Source: a candidate division Hyd24-12 bacterium UBA5074
Lineage (GTDB): Bacteria; Fermentibacterota; Fermentibacteria; Fermentibacterales; Fermentibacteraceae
NCBI GenBank assembly: GCA_002414865.1
Contig: DIAQ01000095.1
Coordinates: 21,430-85,429 of the forward strand
DNA length: 64,000 nucleotides
Direction of reading: 5' to 3'
Shown here: positions 38,210-46,553 of the stretch, one piece after another
How the letters are laid out: each line of letters starts with the position of its first letter
How positions within the stretch are numbered: position 1 is the stretch's first letter
Position numbers and translations under genes: made by a program
Notes under the pieces: model-generated
Databases searched by the model: none
What the model saw: only the letters and a program-made list of their open reading frames with translations
What the model was told of the DNA's origin: nothing

Positions 38210-39706
38210 TCAACTGCCGGCGACAGCCGCGGCTATGATGCCCAGGGCGCTGTCCCCCGGGCTCGATCCGGTCGTGTCCACGCGGCCGGGCAACCCTTCG
38301 TAATGTTCGCGCCGCTCCGCCAGAAGATCCAGGAGCGCACGGCGGTCGGAGGCGAGGGGTCTGCCTGCGGAAAGCCTCTCCAGCAGAGTGTCAGTCGATG
38401 CGGTGAGGGTCACCACGACAGCCTTCGAGAGCGCCAGCCCGAGGCTGTCCCCGTCCAGGAGGGTGCCGCCGCCCAGCGCCATCACTAGAGGGCCTCCCGC
38501 TTCCAGCGCCTCCGTGAGGCACTCCTTCTCCAGGGCTCTGAAGGCCGGCTCGCCCAGCTTCTCGAAGACTGAGGGGATCGGCATCCCCGCGCGCCGCTCG
38601 ACGGCCTCGTCCAGGTCGACGAAGGGCATCCCGAGTATCCTCGCGGCTTCAGCGCCCGCCGTCGTCTTCCCGCTGAACGGGGGGCCTGCGACGAGAATGG
38701 GCTTCGAGGAGGCCCTCTCCGAGAACTCCACGAGGCCTGCCGAGCGGATGACGGATCTGGCGTGCTCGAGGCTGACGAAGAACCTCCTGCTGTACAGCTC
38801 GTAGCTCTCGCGGACCGGCGGAGGGGTCATGTTGACCGTGATCACGTTGGCCCCTGCTTCGAAGCAGCCGAGCTGGCCTCCGGGTCTGAGTCTCTCGAAT
38901 GTGCTCGTGGCCGGGATGAGGGTGTTCCCGAGGAGGAGTCTCATGGCCGCCACGAAGCGGAGTCCGAGGTCCACGCTGCCGGGTGGCAGCGCCTCGAAAG
39001 GCGTGCCCCTCGCGGGCAGGAACACCGACACGCTGGTCATCTCCGCCCCCAGCTCCTCGAGGAGGCGCAGGTCCGCGACGAGGGTGGAGGGCGTCTGGCC
39101 CGGCAGCCCCAGCAGAGGGCCGGAACCGATCTCGTAGCCGTGCTCCCTCAGAGTCTTCAGCTCGGATATCCTGTCTTCGAGGCTCAGCCCGGGCTTCACC
39201 CTCGCGAAGAGCTCCGGATCGGCGCTCTCGTGCTTGAGGATGAATTTCGACGCTCCGGCATCCCTCCAGAGGTCGAGGTCCGAGGGATCGTGCACCCCGA
39301 CGCAGAGGAGGACGGCCATGTCCATCGAGGAGATCTCCCGCACGAGATCCGCCAGCCACGCCGCCGGGTAGTCCGGCGTCTCCGCCGACTGCAGGAAGAA
39401 GGTTCTTATGCCGTTGCCGCGGGCTGTGCGGGCTGCGGCGAGAATCTGCTCCCCCGTGAGCAGGAACCTCTCGACCTGCCGATTGTCCTTCCTCATGCCG
39501 CAGTAGTGGCAGTTGCACCGGCAGTTGTTGGAGAACTCGATCACGGCCCTGAGGTAGGCCCTCCGTCCGAACGACCCGGCCCGGACGCGGCGGGCGGCCT
39601 CGAAGACGCTCACGGTTTCCTCGTCGCTGCATTCGAGGATCGCGAGCAGGTCCCCGTCCGAGAAACCAGCTCCCAGCCTTTCATCGAGCCACTTCGCGTC
39701 TATCAT
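38210..39706 (-). CDS. Fusion protein: a HydE/BioB-like radical SAM domain joined to a C-terminal shikimate kinase (AroK) domain.
   Basis: N-terminal IEFSNNCRCNCHYCGMRKDN (CxxxCxxC, HydE/BioB-like) followed by a TIM-barrel radical SAM body. C-terminal ILVAGPPFSGKTTAGAEAARILGMPFVDLDEAVERRAGMPIPSVFEKLGEPAFRALE...ALGGGTLLD is shikimate kinase. ATGA overlap with the aroE stop. Confidence 0.8.
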   Translation of the reverse strand: MIDAKWLDERLGAGFSDGDLLAILECSDEETVSVFEAARRVRAGSFGRRAYLRAVIEFSNNCRCNCHYCGMRKDNRQVERFLLTGEQILAAARTARGNGIRTFFLQSAETPDYPAAWLADLVREISSMDMAVLLCVGVHDPSDLDLWRDAGASKFILKHESADPELFARVKPGLSLEDRISELKTLREHGYEIGSGPLLGLPGQTPSTLVADLRLLEELGAEMTSVSVFLPARGTPFEALPPGSVDLGLRFVAAMRLLLGNTLIPATSTFERLRPGGQLGCFEAGANVITVNMTPPPVRESYELYSRRFFVSLEHARSVIRSAGLVEFSERASSKPILVAGPPFSGKTTAGAEAARILGMPFVDLDEAVERRAGMPIPSVFEKLGEPAFRALEKECLTEALEAGGPLVMALGGGTLLDGDSLGLALSKAVVVTLTASTDTLLERLSAGRPLASDRRALLDLLAERREHYEGLPGRVDTTGSSPGDSALGIIAAAVAGS

Positions 39707-40491
39707 CTCCGCTCCCCTGCGCCGTCCAGCGCTGTGCGAAGGGCAGAATGCGGATCGGGCGGGAAGCCCGTCCAGATCCTGAAGGAGGCGGCTGCCTGGC
39801 CGGCCAGCATCAGCTCTCCCGTGTACACTCTGCAGCCGGATCGCCCGATGGCGTTCCTCCAGCTCCAGCCCGGATTGTAGTTGAGGTCCAGGAACGACTC
39901 GACGCCGGGCAGCCCGGCGGGGACCGGAAAGACATCGTCATCCGACCAGCCGAGCGTCGTGGCGTTGACCACGAGATCGAGGGAACCGGATTCCAGCCTC
40001 TCTCCGAGCGCGGAGAGCGGCGTTTCCCCCGGCGCGGGAGTCCGTGCGAACACCTCGCAGGGAATCCCGGCCTCACAGGCCGCAAGCCTCACCGCCCGCG
40101 CCGCTCCGCCGTTGCCGACTATCGCAGCCCCCCGGGGGCGCGGCATCGATGCCAGGGCGAGAGCGGCCCCCTCCACGTCCGTGTTGGAGCCGGCCCATCC
40201 CTGACCGGTTCTCGTCAGGGTGTTGACCGCCCCGAGCGCCAGGGACCTGTCGTCGAGCGACTCGCACACAACCGCGGCCCTGCTCTTGAGGGGGGCTGTC
40301 ACGTTCAGGCCTGCATACCCGTACCTGTGCAGGACCCACAGCGCGAGCACGAGGCTGCCCGGCTCGACTGGCAGGAGCTCGTAGCTCCCGCCGGAGCCCA
40401 TCTGTTCGAGGAACGCCCTGTGCAGGGCGGGCGAGAGCGAGGAACGCAGGGGCCAGCCGACGAGTCCCAGCTTCCACGGGTCATTCCCCAT
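39703..40491 (-). CDS. aroE: Shikimate dehydrogenase.
   Basis: LGLVGWPLRSSLSPALHRAF, GLNVTAPLK, VNTL and NTDVEGA motifs. Confidence 0.85.
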   Translation of the reverse strand: MGNDPWKLGLVGWPLRSSLSPALHRAFLEQMGSGGSYELLPVEPGSLVLALWVLHRYGYAGLNVTAPLKSRAAVVCESLDDRSLALGAVNTLTRTGQGWAGSNTDVEGAALALASMPRPRGAAIVGNGGAARAVRLAACEAGIPCEVFARTPAPGETPLSALGERLESGSLDLVVNATTLGWSDDDVFPVPAGLPGVESFLDLNYNPGWSWRNAIGRSGCRVYTGELMLAGQAAASFRIWTGFPPDPHSALRTALDGAGERR

Positions 40492-41716
40492 GGCGCCGGT
40501 CCCTCGCGGCCAGGAAGGCCCTGTGCAGCCACCTGGCCGCGCCGCGGGGCTCGAGGAAGACCGGGGCGAGGAAATCGGCTCCCGCGGGAGCGCGGCCGTC
40601 GCGCACCATGTCCTCGGCGATTCCGGAATGTGCGTAGACCCTTATCGTGCCTATGCTCACGAATGTGCTCCCCCATCCCAGGAGGAGCCTCGCCCTCAGC
40701 ATGAACAGGAGCTTGCCGACAAGGGCGGCGAAGCCCTCGCCCGGGTTGCCGCTGAAGAAGTTCACTCCCACGGCCAGCCCCGCCCGCCTCGCGGCGGCCA
40801 CCGAGGGATAGAGGTCGGAAGGTCTGCCGTTCTTGCCCAGCATCCTCAAACCCCTCGCGGTTATGGCGTCGGGCGACAGGTCCACCTTCACCGCCCCTGC
40901 AGCCTTCATCGCCGCCAGGTCGGCAGCCTCCACTCCCGTATCCAGCCAGGCGCCCCACTCCATGTGCGCCTCGAGCCGTGCGACGGCCCTGACCAGGGAC
41001 CTGAAATAGTCCCTGGGAGCGTCGAAGACCGAGTCCACGAACTGGAACCTTTCTACGCCCAGCCTGGCCAGGTTCTCCACATCCGCCGCGACGGCCTCCA
41101 CGGGGCGGCAGCGGAATGACCGGCCTCCCAGGAAGGAGTAGGTGCAGTACCGGCAGGAGAACGAGCACCCTCTCCTGCTCTGGACTCCCACGCCGAAGCC
41201 CCTCGCATAAGGCGCCAGGTCGAAGAGGGAGTAGGCGGGCGGGCGGATGGCCGTGAGATCCGGTCTCGGCGGAATGGTCAGCCGGGGCGGAGTGGAACCC
41301 GATCCCAGCGTCTCCAGGATGAACGGCAGCGCCTCCTCTCCCTCGCCGGCCACGCCGTAGTCTATCCTGGGGAAGGCCTTCATCAGCGTTTCCGGATAGA
41401 TCGAGAACCCGGGGCCTCCGACGACGACCGCTCCCCTGTAGCCGGAGAGGGCGGAGAGCGCCTCCCCGAAGGGGGCGAGATACGAATGGGTCCTCGGCCA
41501 CGAACTGTCGTCGATGTTCCTGAGGGAGATCGCGGTGACCTCGGGGGCGAACGATCCGACAGCGTCGGCGAGCTCCCTCCGCGGGTCGTCGCAGATACCC
41601 AGGTCGAGCACCCTGATCTCGTGCCCCTGCAGCTGCCCTGCGAGGCAGGCGAGCCCCAGGGGGAAGATGGGTTCCTCCCGCCTCCCGGTGGGTGATTGAA
41701 CGAGCAGCAGTTTCAT
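40481..41716 (-). CDS. B12-binding-domain radical SAM protein.
   Basis: N-terminal Rossmann-like B12-binding region (MKLLLVQSP...LGLACLAG) followed by radical SAM motif GCSFSCRYCTYS. The overlapping ORF 40305..41750 in another frame is R-rich and rejected. Confidence 0.8.
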   Translation of the reverse strand: MKLLLVQSPTGRREEPIFPLGLACLAGQLQGHEIRVLDLGICDDPRRELADAVGSFAPEVTAISLRNIDDSSWPRTHSYLAPFGEALSALSGYRGAVVVGGPGFSIYPETLMKAFPRIDYGVAGEGEEALPFILETLGSGSTPPRLTIPPRPDLTAIRPPAYSLFDLAPYARGFGVGVQSRRGCSFSCRYCTYSFLGGRSFRCRPVEAVAADVENLARLGVERFQFVDSVFDAPRDYFRSLVRAVARLEAHMEWGAWLDTGVEAADLAAMKAAGAVKVDLSPDAITARGLRMLGKNGRPSDLYPSVAAARRAGLAVGVNFFSGNPGEGFAALVGKLLFMLRARLLLGWGSTFVSIGTIRVYAHSGIAEDMVRDGRAPAGADFLAPVFLEPRGAARWLHRAFLAARDRRHGE

Positions 41717-41725
41717 CAGGACTCC

Positions 41726-41760
41726 GCAGTCTTAGCGTTTCTCCGATCATTGACTATAAT
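41726..41760 (+). promoter_or_regulatory. Putative promoter with a perfect TATAAT -10 for the CAP-domain lipoprotein gene (near-leaderless).
   Basis: TATAAT at 41755-41760, only 6 nt before the ATG at 41767. It sits in the divergent region shared with the B12 radical SAM gene start (41716). No good -35 element. Confidence 0.3.
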
Positions 41761-41766
41761 GATTTC

Positions 41767-42756
41767 ATGCTGTTTCCGCTGATCGTCGCGCTCTGCTCGC
41801 TGGCTGCCGGGGGCTGCGGGGGCGGCTCCCGGCTCCTGCCGTGGAGACAGCCATCCCTCGACGGCCTGGCCGCAGGGATATTGTCGGCGCGGACGATCCC
41901 CGAGTCGCCAGGGCTCCTCGTGATGGCCGCTTCGTGCGGATGGCCCGGCTCCATCGAGCTCGTCTCAACCGGCTCCCTGGAGGAACTCGAGGCACAGCTC
42001 GAAGCCTCTCCCGAGGGAACCTGCTGGGGCTCCTCCGGCGACGACTCCCTGGTCGTCCTGGTCACAGCCCCCTTCCCGGATGTGGTGCCCGAGGGGCTCG
42101 ACCTGGTGATCCCCCGCCACGGGTCGGCATCCTTCTCCCTCCTCCCTGCCGGTGGCTGCGACAGGGTTCTGGCCTCGTACCCTTCCGGCGAGGTGGTGGA
42201 ACTCGTCCCGGACTCTGCGGGCGTCCTCCACTTCCAGGCGAGGGAGCAGGGCCTCTCCTGGATCGAGGCGGTCAGAGACGGGCCCGAAGGCCCGGAGGTC
42301 GTCCTGCTGCTCCCGGTCTGCGCCGGGATCAGCGCATCCAGGGCTCTGGAGACAGGGCTCGCCCCCGGGATGGACACGCTCGAGGACATCCTCTCGGACA
42401 TCGGCGAGAGAAGGGGCCGAAGGCATCTGCAGCCTCTCGTGCGCACGGACCCGCTGGACAGTCTGGCCCTTGCAAGGGCCCGTGAGGTGGCCGAGTCCGG
42501 AGTGGTCAGCCATGCCGGTCTGCTGAGGCGGGAGGCTCCCGTCGACGGCCTCACGAGGGCGGAGAACATCGCCCGTGGAGGGAGCCTTGCCGAGGCCCAC
42601 GCGATGATCATGGCAAGCCCCATCCACCTGGCGGCATGCCTCGATCCTGAATACGGACAGGTGGGCATCGGCTCGGCCGTCCAGATAGGGCGTTACGGCT
42701 GGCAGATAGTCGTCGTGGAAATCTTCCTGGGAGCGGCGCATGATCGGTGTCCGTAG
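41767..42756 (+). CDS. Lipoprotein with a C-terminal CAP/SCP (PR-1/YkwD-like) domain.
   Basis: Lipobox MLFPLIVALCSLAAGGCGGGS (the ORF track starts at GTG 41692). C-terminal GLTRAENIARGGSLAEAHAMIMASPIHLAACLDPEYGQVGIGSAVQIGRYGWQIVVVEIF resembles the CAP domain. Confidence 0.65.
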   Translation: MLFPLIVALCSLAAGGCGGGSRLLPWRQPSLDGLAAGILSARTIPESPGLLVMAASCGWPGSIELVSTGSLEELEAQLEASPEGTCWGSSGDDSLVVLVTAPFPDVVPEGLDLVIPRHGSASFSLLPAGGCDRVLASYPSGEVVELVPDSAGVLHFQAREQGLSWIEAVRDGPEGPEVVLLLPVCAGISASRALETGLAPGMDTLEDILSDIGERRGRRHLQPLVRTDPLDSLALARAREVAESGVVSHAGLLRREAPVDGLTRAENIARGGSLAEAHAMIMASPIHLAACLDPEYGQVGIGSAVQIGRYGWQIVVVEIFLGAAHDRCP

Positions 42757-44371
42757 CGTGGCCCACGCCTCCGCGGCCGCTCTCCTGACGGTGGCGGGCG
42801 TCCTGCTGGTGGCTTCCTGCAAGAGCCCGGGCGCCGCCGCCGTCCTCTGCGCGTCGGCGCTGCTGGCCGGGGAGCTCCCCCTCAGGAATGACAGGGCCGT
42901 GCGGCTGACCCTCGCACCGGTGCCACTCGCGGCACTCGCCGGCGTCGCAGGGCCCCTGGAGGGCATGGCCGCAGGCATGCTCTTCCTGTCGGCTGGAGTT
43001 CTGCTCAGGGGCTTTCCAGGGAACACCGGATCCGGCTCTGCCAGAGCCGTCCTGTCCGTGATCGTGCCCTGCCTCCTCGCGGCTTCCCAGTCGGCGATGC
43101 ATCTCGGGGCCGGGCCCGGTCTCTCGGCTGCGGTCGCGTTCGTCCTCCTGGTGGCCGGATCTGGGATGCTGGACGCCATCCGGGGCGGGCGCCGCGCATG
43201 GGCCGGGTCGCTCCTGTGGATCCCGGCGGGGGTGCTGATGGCTCCTCTGCTCTACCTGACATGGCTGGGCGTCTCGCAGGCCGGCACGACAGGGGCCGCG
43301 CTGCTCTCCCTGCCGCTGTTCGCCTTCGCGGGCCTGTCCTCGTGGAGGCGGCGCAGCCTCGACCTCTACGAGAGGAAGACCTCCGAGCTCGCGGCCCAGA
43401 ACGCTCTCTCGGCAGAGCTCGCCTCCTCGAAATCCACGACCGAGTTCCTGGACACGGCAGGCAGGTACCTCTCGCCCGGCTCCAGATCGTTCGTGGTTCT
43501 CCTCACGAGACAGGCGGGGGGCGGGAGCGGCTGGGTGGGCTGGTCCAGTGCGGAGCAGAGGGCCTCGAACGCCTTCCCCGCCCAGGGCGGACCGCCGGGC
43601 TGGAACGAGATCAGGACCGGAGTCAGGCTCCAGGGGAGGTCCGGAGCGCTGATCGGACTTTCCCCGTCCAGGGACATGGCCCTGTTCGTGGACGGAGGCG
43701 CAGCCACCCGGCTGGAGGCCATGGAGCCCGACATAAGGGGTAACTTCGTCTCGCTCGTGAACCACGCATGGCAGGCGGTGGGACACTCCCTCACCATAGA
43801 CAGCGCCTTCATCGCGGCCGCGATGATACTCGCCCGGCTGGCCGATTCCAAGGACGACTACACGCATGGCCACTCGATCCGGGTCGCACGCCTCAGCTAC
43901 ATGCTGGGCGCTCGGATAGGCCTGTCCGTCCAGAAGCTCAAGACCCTCCGGGTGGGCGCGCTCCTGCACGACCTCGGGAAGGTCGCGGTCCCGGCGGAGA
44001 TACTGACCAAGCGCGGCCTTCTGACCAGGGAGGAGAGGACCGTCATCGAACGGCACCCCGTCGAGGGCGCCGAGATACTCGGCTCGCTCAGGGGGTATGA
44101 CGAGGTGAGGGAGATCGTCGGCAGCCACCACGAGAGGCTCGATGGCAAGGGATATCCGTCGGGGCTCTCCGGAAGGGGCATCCCGTTCCTGGCTCGGGTG
44201 GTCGCCGTTGCAGACACCTTCGATGCGATCACCTCCAGCAGGTCCTATCGCGCCGACGCAGACAGGCAGACGGCTCTGGAGGCGATCCGCGCAGGCAGCG
44301 GCACTCAGTTCGACTCGCGGGTCGTGGCCGCTCTCGAGAAGATGCTGGAGGACGGCGATGAAACCATCTGA
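42740..44371 (+). CDS. Membrane-bound HD-GYP domain protein (putative c-di-GMP phosphodiesterase).
   Basis: About 6 N-terminal TM helices. HD-GYP motifs HGHSIRVA, LHDLGKV, HHERLDGKGYPSGL. Confidence 0.85.
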   Translation: MIGVRSVAHASAAALLTVAGVLLVASCKSPGAAAVLCASALLAGELPLRNDRAVRLTLAPVPLAALAGVAGPLEGMAAGMLFLSAGVLLRGFPGNTGSGSARAVLSVIVPCLLAASQSAMHLGAGPGLSAAVAFVLLVAGSGMLDAIRGGRRAWAGSLLWIPAGVLMAPLLYLTWLGVSQAGTTGAALLSLPLFAFAGLSSWRRRSLDLYERKTSELAAQNALSAELASSKSTTEFLDTAGRYLSPGSRSFVVLLTRQAGGGSGWVGWSSAEQRASNAFPAQGGPPGWNEIRTGVRLQGRSGALIGLSPSRDMALFVDGGAATRLEAMEPDIRGNFVSLVNHAWQAVGHSLTIDSAFIAAAMILARLADSKDDYTHGHSIRVARLSYMLGARIGLSVQKLKTLRVGALLHDLGKVAVPAEILTKRGLLTREERTVIERHPVEGAEILGSLRGYDEVREIVGSHHERLDGKGYPSGLSGRGIPFLARVVAVADTFDAITSSRSYRADADRQTALEAIRAGSGTQFDSRVVAALEKMLEDGDETI

Positions 44372-45929
44372 ACCCGCCCGCACAGGCCCCGCGGCCTTCC
44401 AGCTCCTCGTCTGGATCCTCGCGGCGGTCTCCGTGCCGGACTCCCCGGCCCCCTCCTCCTCCATCGAGTCCCTGACACTGATGATCGCCACCTGGGTCGG
44501 CGTCCTGGGGGCCACCGCCTTCAGCTACCTCTCCTCCAGCGGCATCTCTGTGTCCCTCGTCACCTGCTTCCAGTGCCTGCTGGTGATGACGGGCTTCGAC
44601 AGGGCTTCCGAGGCCGCGTTCCTGATCGCCTGCTTCCTCGGGACGATGTCGTTCTCGGGGAGGATAGGGCTGGGGGCGCGTGACGGCGCCGGCCTCTCCC
44701 TGAGAGCGGCGCTCACCCAGTGGGCTGCTCTGAGGATCGCAGGATTCGTCTATGCGGTAACGATTCCGGCAGGCCTCTCCGGCACGCTTCCCGGAGCTGC
44801 AGCCTGCTCTGTCTTCGCAATCGTGCTGCTCCAGGCTTCAGCGCTGGTCCTTCGCTCGATCGGAGGGCGCGGGAGGCTGCTGAGGACGGAGTTCAGCTTC
44901 GCGAGGCTGATGCACGGAGTCGCTCTGCCGGTCTTCTTCATGCCTTTCCTTCTGCCGGCGGTGACCGGGGCGGTCGGACCGGGCGCGGCGCGCGGAGACG
45001 TCTCCCTCCTGCTCCCTGCCGGCGTGGCGTCGATGATCACCGTGCAGGTCGCCATGGCGCTCAGCCTGGAGAGGTCCAAATGGTCTCAGGGCAGGGCGCT
45101 CTCGCTGGAGAAGGCCATGGCCGCGCTCTCCCGCAGGCTGGTCTCCTCGAAGAACCCTGCGGCGGCGCTCCAGAGCCTGGCCGTGGAGCTGCAGGAGGCC
45201 ATCAGGTCGAGGGCCATCAGGGTCACCTGGGGCAACCTCTCGATGGCCCTGCCGTCGGGCTCCCCCCTGCCGCGGGGCAAGCCCCTGCGCCGGACGGGAA
45301 GGGCGGGCCTGCAGGCGGAGATATGGGCCGACCCGGCCACAGTGCTCGATCCTGCGCGGCTCGACGCCTTCGTCCTCCAGACGGAGGCCGCCCTTCAGAG
45401 CATCGAGCTGGGGAGCAGCATCAGCAGGGAGGCGTGGAACTGCATGGAGGCGATGGTGCAGTCCCTCGACCGCTCCGACCACCGGCTCGCAGGCCACAGC
45501 AAGCGCGTGGCCAGGCTGGCGACCGAGCTGGGCCGCCGGCTGAACCTCCAGCCGGGACTGCTGGACAGCCTCCGCATGTCCTCGCTCCTGCACCACGTGG
45601 CGCAGTTCGTCCTCACCTCACGCCCCTACGAGGACCTGCCGGATGCGGACAGCTCGCTCTCGCGCTTCGCGCTTCCCGGAGAGGCCATCGAGGGTCTCAC
45701 GAGGATGAGGGAGAACTTCGACGGTACCGGGCTGCCGGATGGCCTGGCGGGCAACATCATCCCGATTCAGGCCAGGATACTCTCGGTGTCCGACGAGTTC
45801 ATCACGGGCGTGGAGAGGATGGGCGGGGATGCGGCGATGACCGCCGTCTCGCAGCGTTCGGGCAGCCTGTACGACCCCGCCATAGTCCAGGTCCTCTCCG
45901 CCACCCTGGAGGACGGCTTCGAGGCCTGA
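44358..45929 (+). CDS. Membrane-bound HD-GYP-like protein with degenerate catalytic motifs (possibly non-catalytic).
   Basis: ATG at 44358 overlaps the 3' end of the upstream gene. About 8 TM helices. AGHSKRVARLATELG is retained, but HD becomes LHHVAQF and HHExxDGxGYP becomes RENFDGTGLPDG. Confidence 0.7.
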   Translation: MKPSEPARTGPAAFQLLVWILAAVSVPDSPAPSSSIESLTLMIATWVGVLGATAFSYLSSSGISVSLVTCFQCLLVMTGFDRASEAAFLIACFLGTMSFSGRIGLGARDGAGLSLRAALTQWAALRIAGFVYAVTIPAGLSGTLPGAAACSVFAIVLLQASALVLRSIGGRGRLLRTEFSFARLMHGVALPVFFMPFLLPAVTGAVGPGAARGDVSLLLPAGVASMITVQVAMALSLERSKWSQGRALSLEKAMAALSRRLVSSKNPAAALQSLAVELQEAIRSRAIRVTWGNLSMALPSGSPLPRGKPLRRTGRAGLQAEIWADPATVLDPARLDAFVLQTEAALQSIELGSSISREAWNCMEAMVQSLDRSDHRLAGHSKRVARLATELGRRLNLQPGLLDSLRMSSLLHHVAQFVLTSRPYEDLPDADSSLSRFALPGEAIEGLTRMRENFDGTGLPDGLAGNIIPIQARILSVSDEFITGVERMGGDAAMTAVSQRSGSLYDPAIVQVLSATLEDGFEA

Positions 45930-45949
45930 TCCCCTTTCCGCCGCACCCG

Positions 45950-46534
45950 TCAGCGCAGGCCCAGATTGGGCGGTGAGACGCTCCCCTCCAGGCTGAAGCT
46001 GGCTTCTCCGGCCTCCGCCGTGATCGAGTAGCGTATCGTCCGGATCCTGTCCCTCCCGGCCTCGTCCGCCAGCACGACGCCATCCAGCGCGCGGCCGGAA
46101 TCGTCCAGGTACTCGAAGGAGATCGAAGTCGAGGCAGGCGCCTCGAACAGGACGGTCCCCGCTGCATCCTCCACGGTGATTCCGCCGCCGGGCGGGCTCG
46201 AGATCGAGATCCGGTCCTCCGGCCCGGAGTGACCCGGTTCCTCCGTGTCGTCGAGGAAGGAGACCTGCGAGGGGCCCGCGCAGGCGAATGGATGCCTCCC
46301 GGCTCCCGGGCGCGACGCGGCGTAGCCGGCGCGGCCCAGGGCTGCGGAGATCCTCTCCGCGGCCAGGCCCGCCTCGGCCGAGGCCCTCCCCGCGTCAGCA
46401 GCCCTCCGGGCCGCCTCCCTGCCGTTGAGATAGACGGCATAGAGGGCGCCCAGCAGGACGACGAGGACTGCGATCACCACGACAAGCTCGACGAGTGTGA
46501 ACCCCTGCCGGCGCGGCGGGATGCCGTCCGGCAT
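45950..46534 (-). CDS. Type IV pilin-like protein (pseudopilin); last gene of the operon.
   Basis: Class III signal MPDGIPPRRQG|FTLVELVVVIAVLVVLLGALYAV, with Phe at +1 and Glu at +5. Confidence 0.8.
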   Translation of the reverse strand: MPDGIPPRRQGFTLVELVVVIAVLVVLLGALYAVYLNGREAARRAADAGRASAEAGLAAERISAALGRAGYAASRPGAGRHPFACAGPSQVSFLDDTEEPGHSGPEDRISISSPPGGGITVEDAAGTVLFEAPASTSISFEYLDDSGRALDGVVLADEAGRDRIRTIRYSITAEAGEASFSLEGSVSPPNLGLR

Positions 46535-46553
46535 GCACCGGGGTGCGCGGGCG

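Noticed and set aside
40305-41750. 481-aa ORF in an alternative frame on the same strand as the B12 radical SAM gene.
   Set aside because: Arg/Gly-rich junk. Frame 40481..41716 carries the radical SAM CxxxCxxC motif and a Rossmann-like B12 domain.
42608-44515. 635-aa minus-strand ORF antisense to the HD-GYP genes.
   Set aside because: R/G/P-rich composition. The plus-strand frames carry intact HD-GYP motifs and TM helices.
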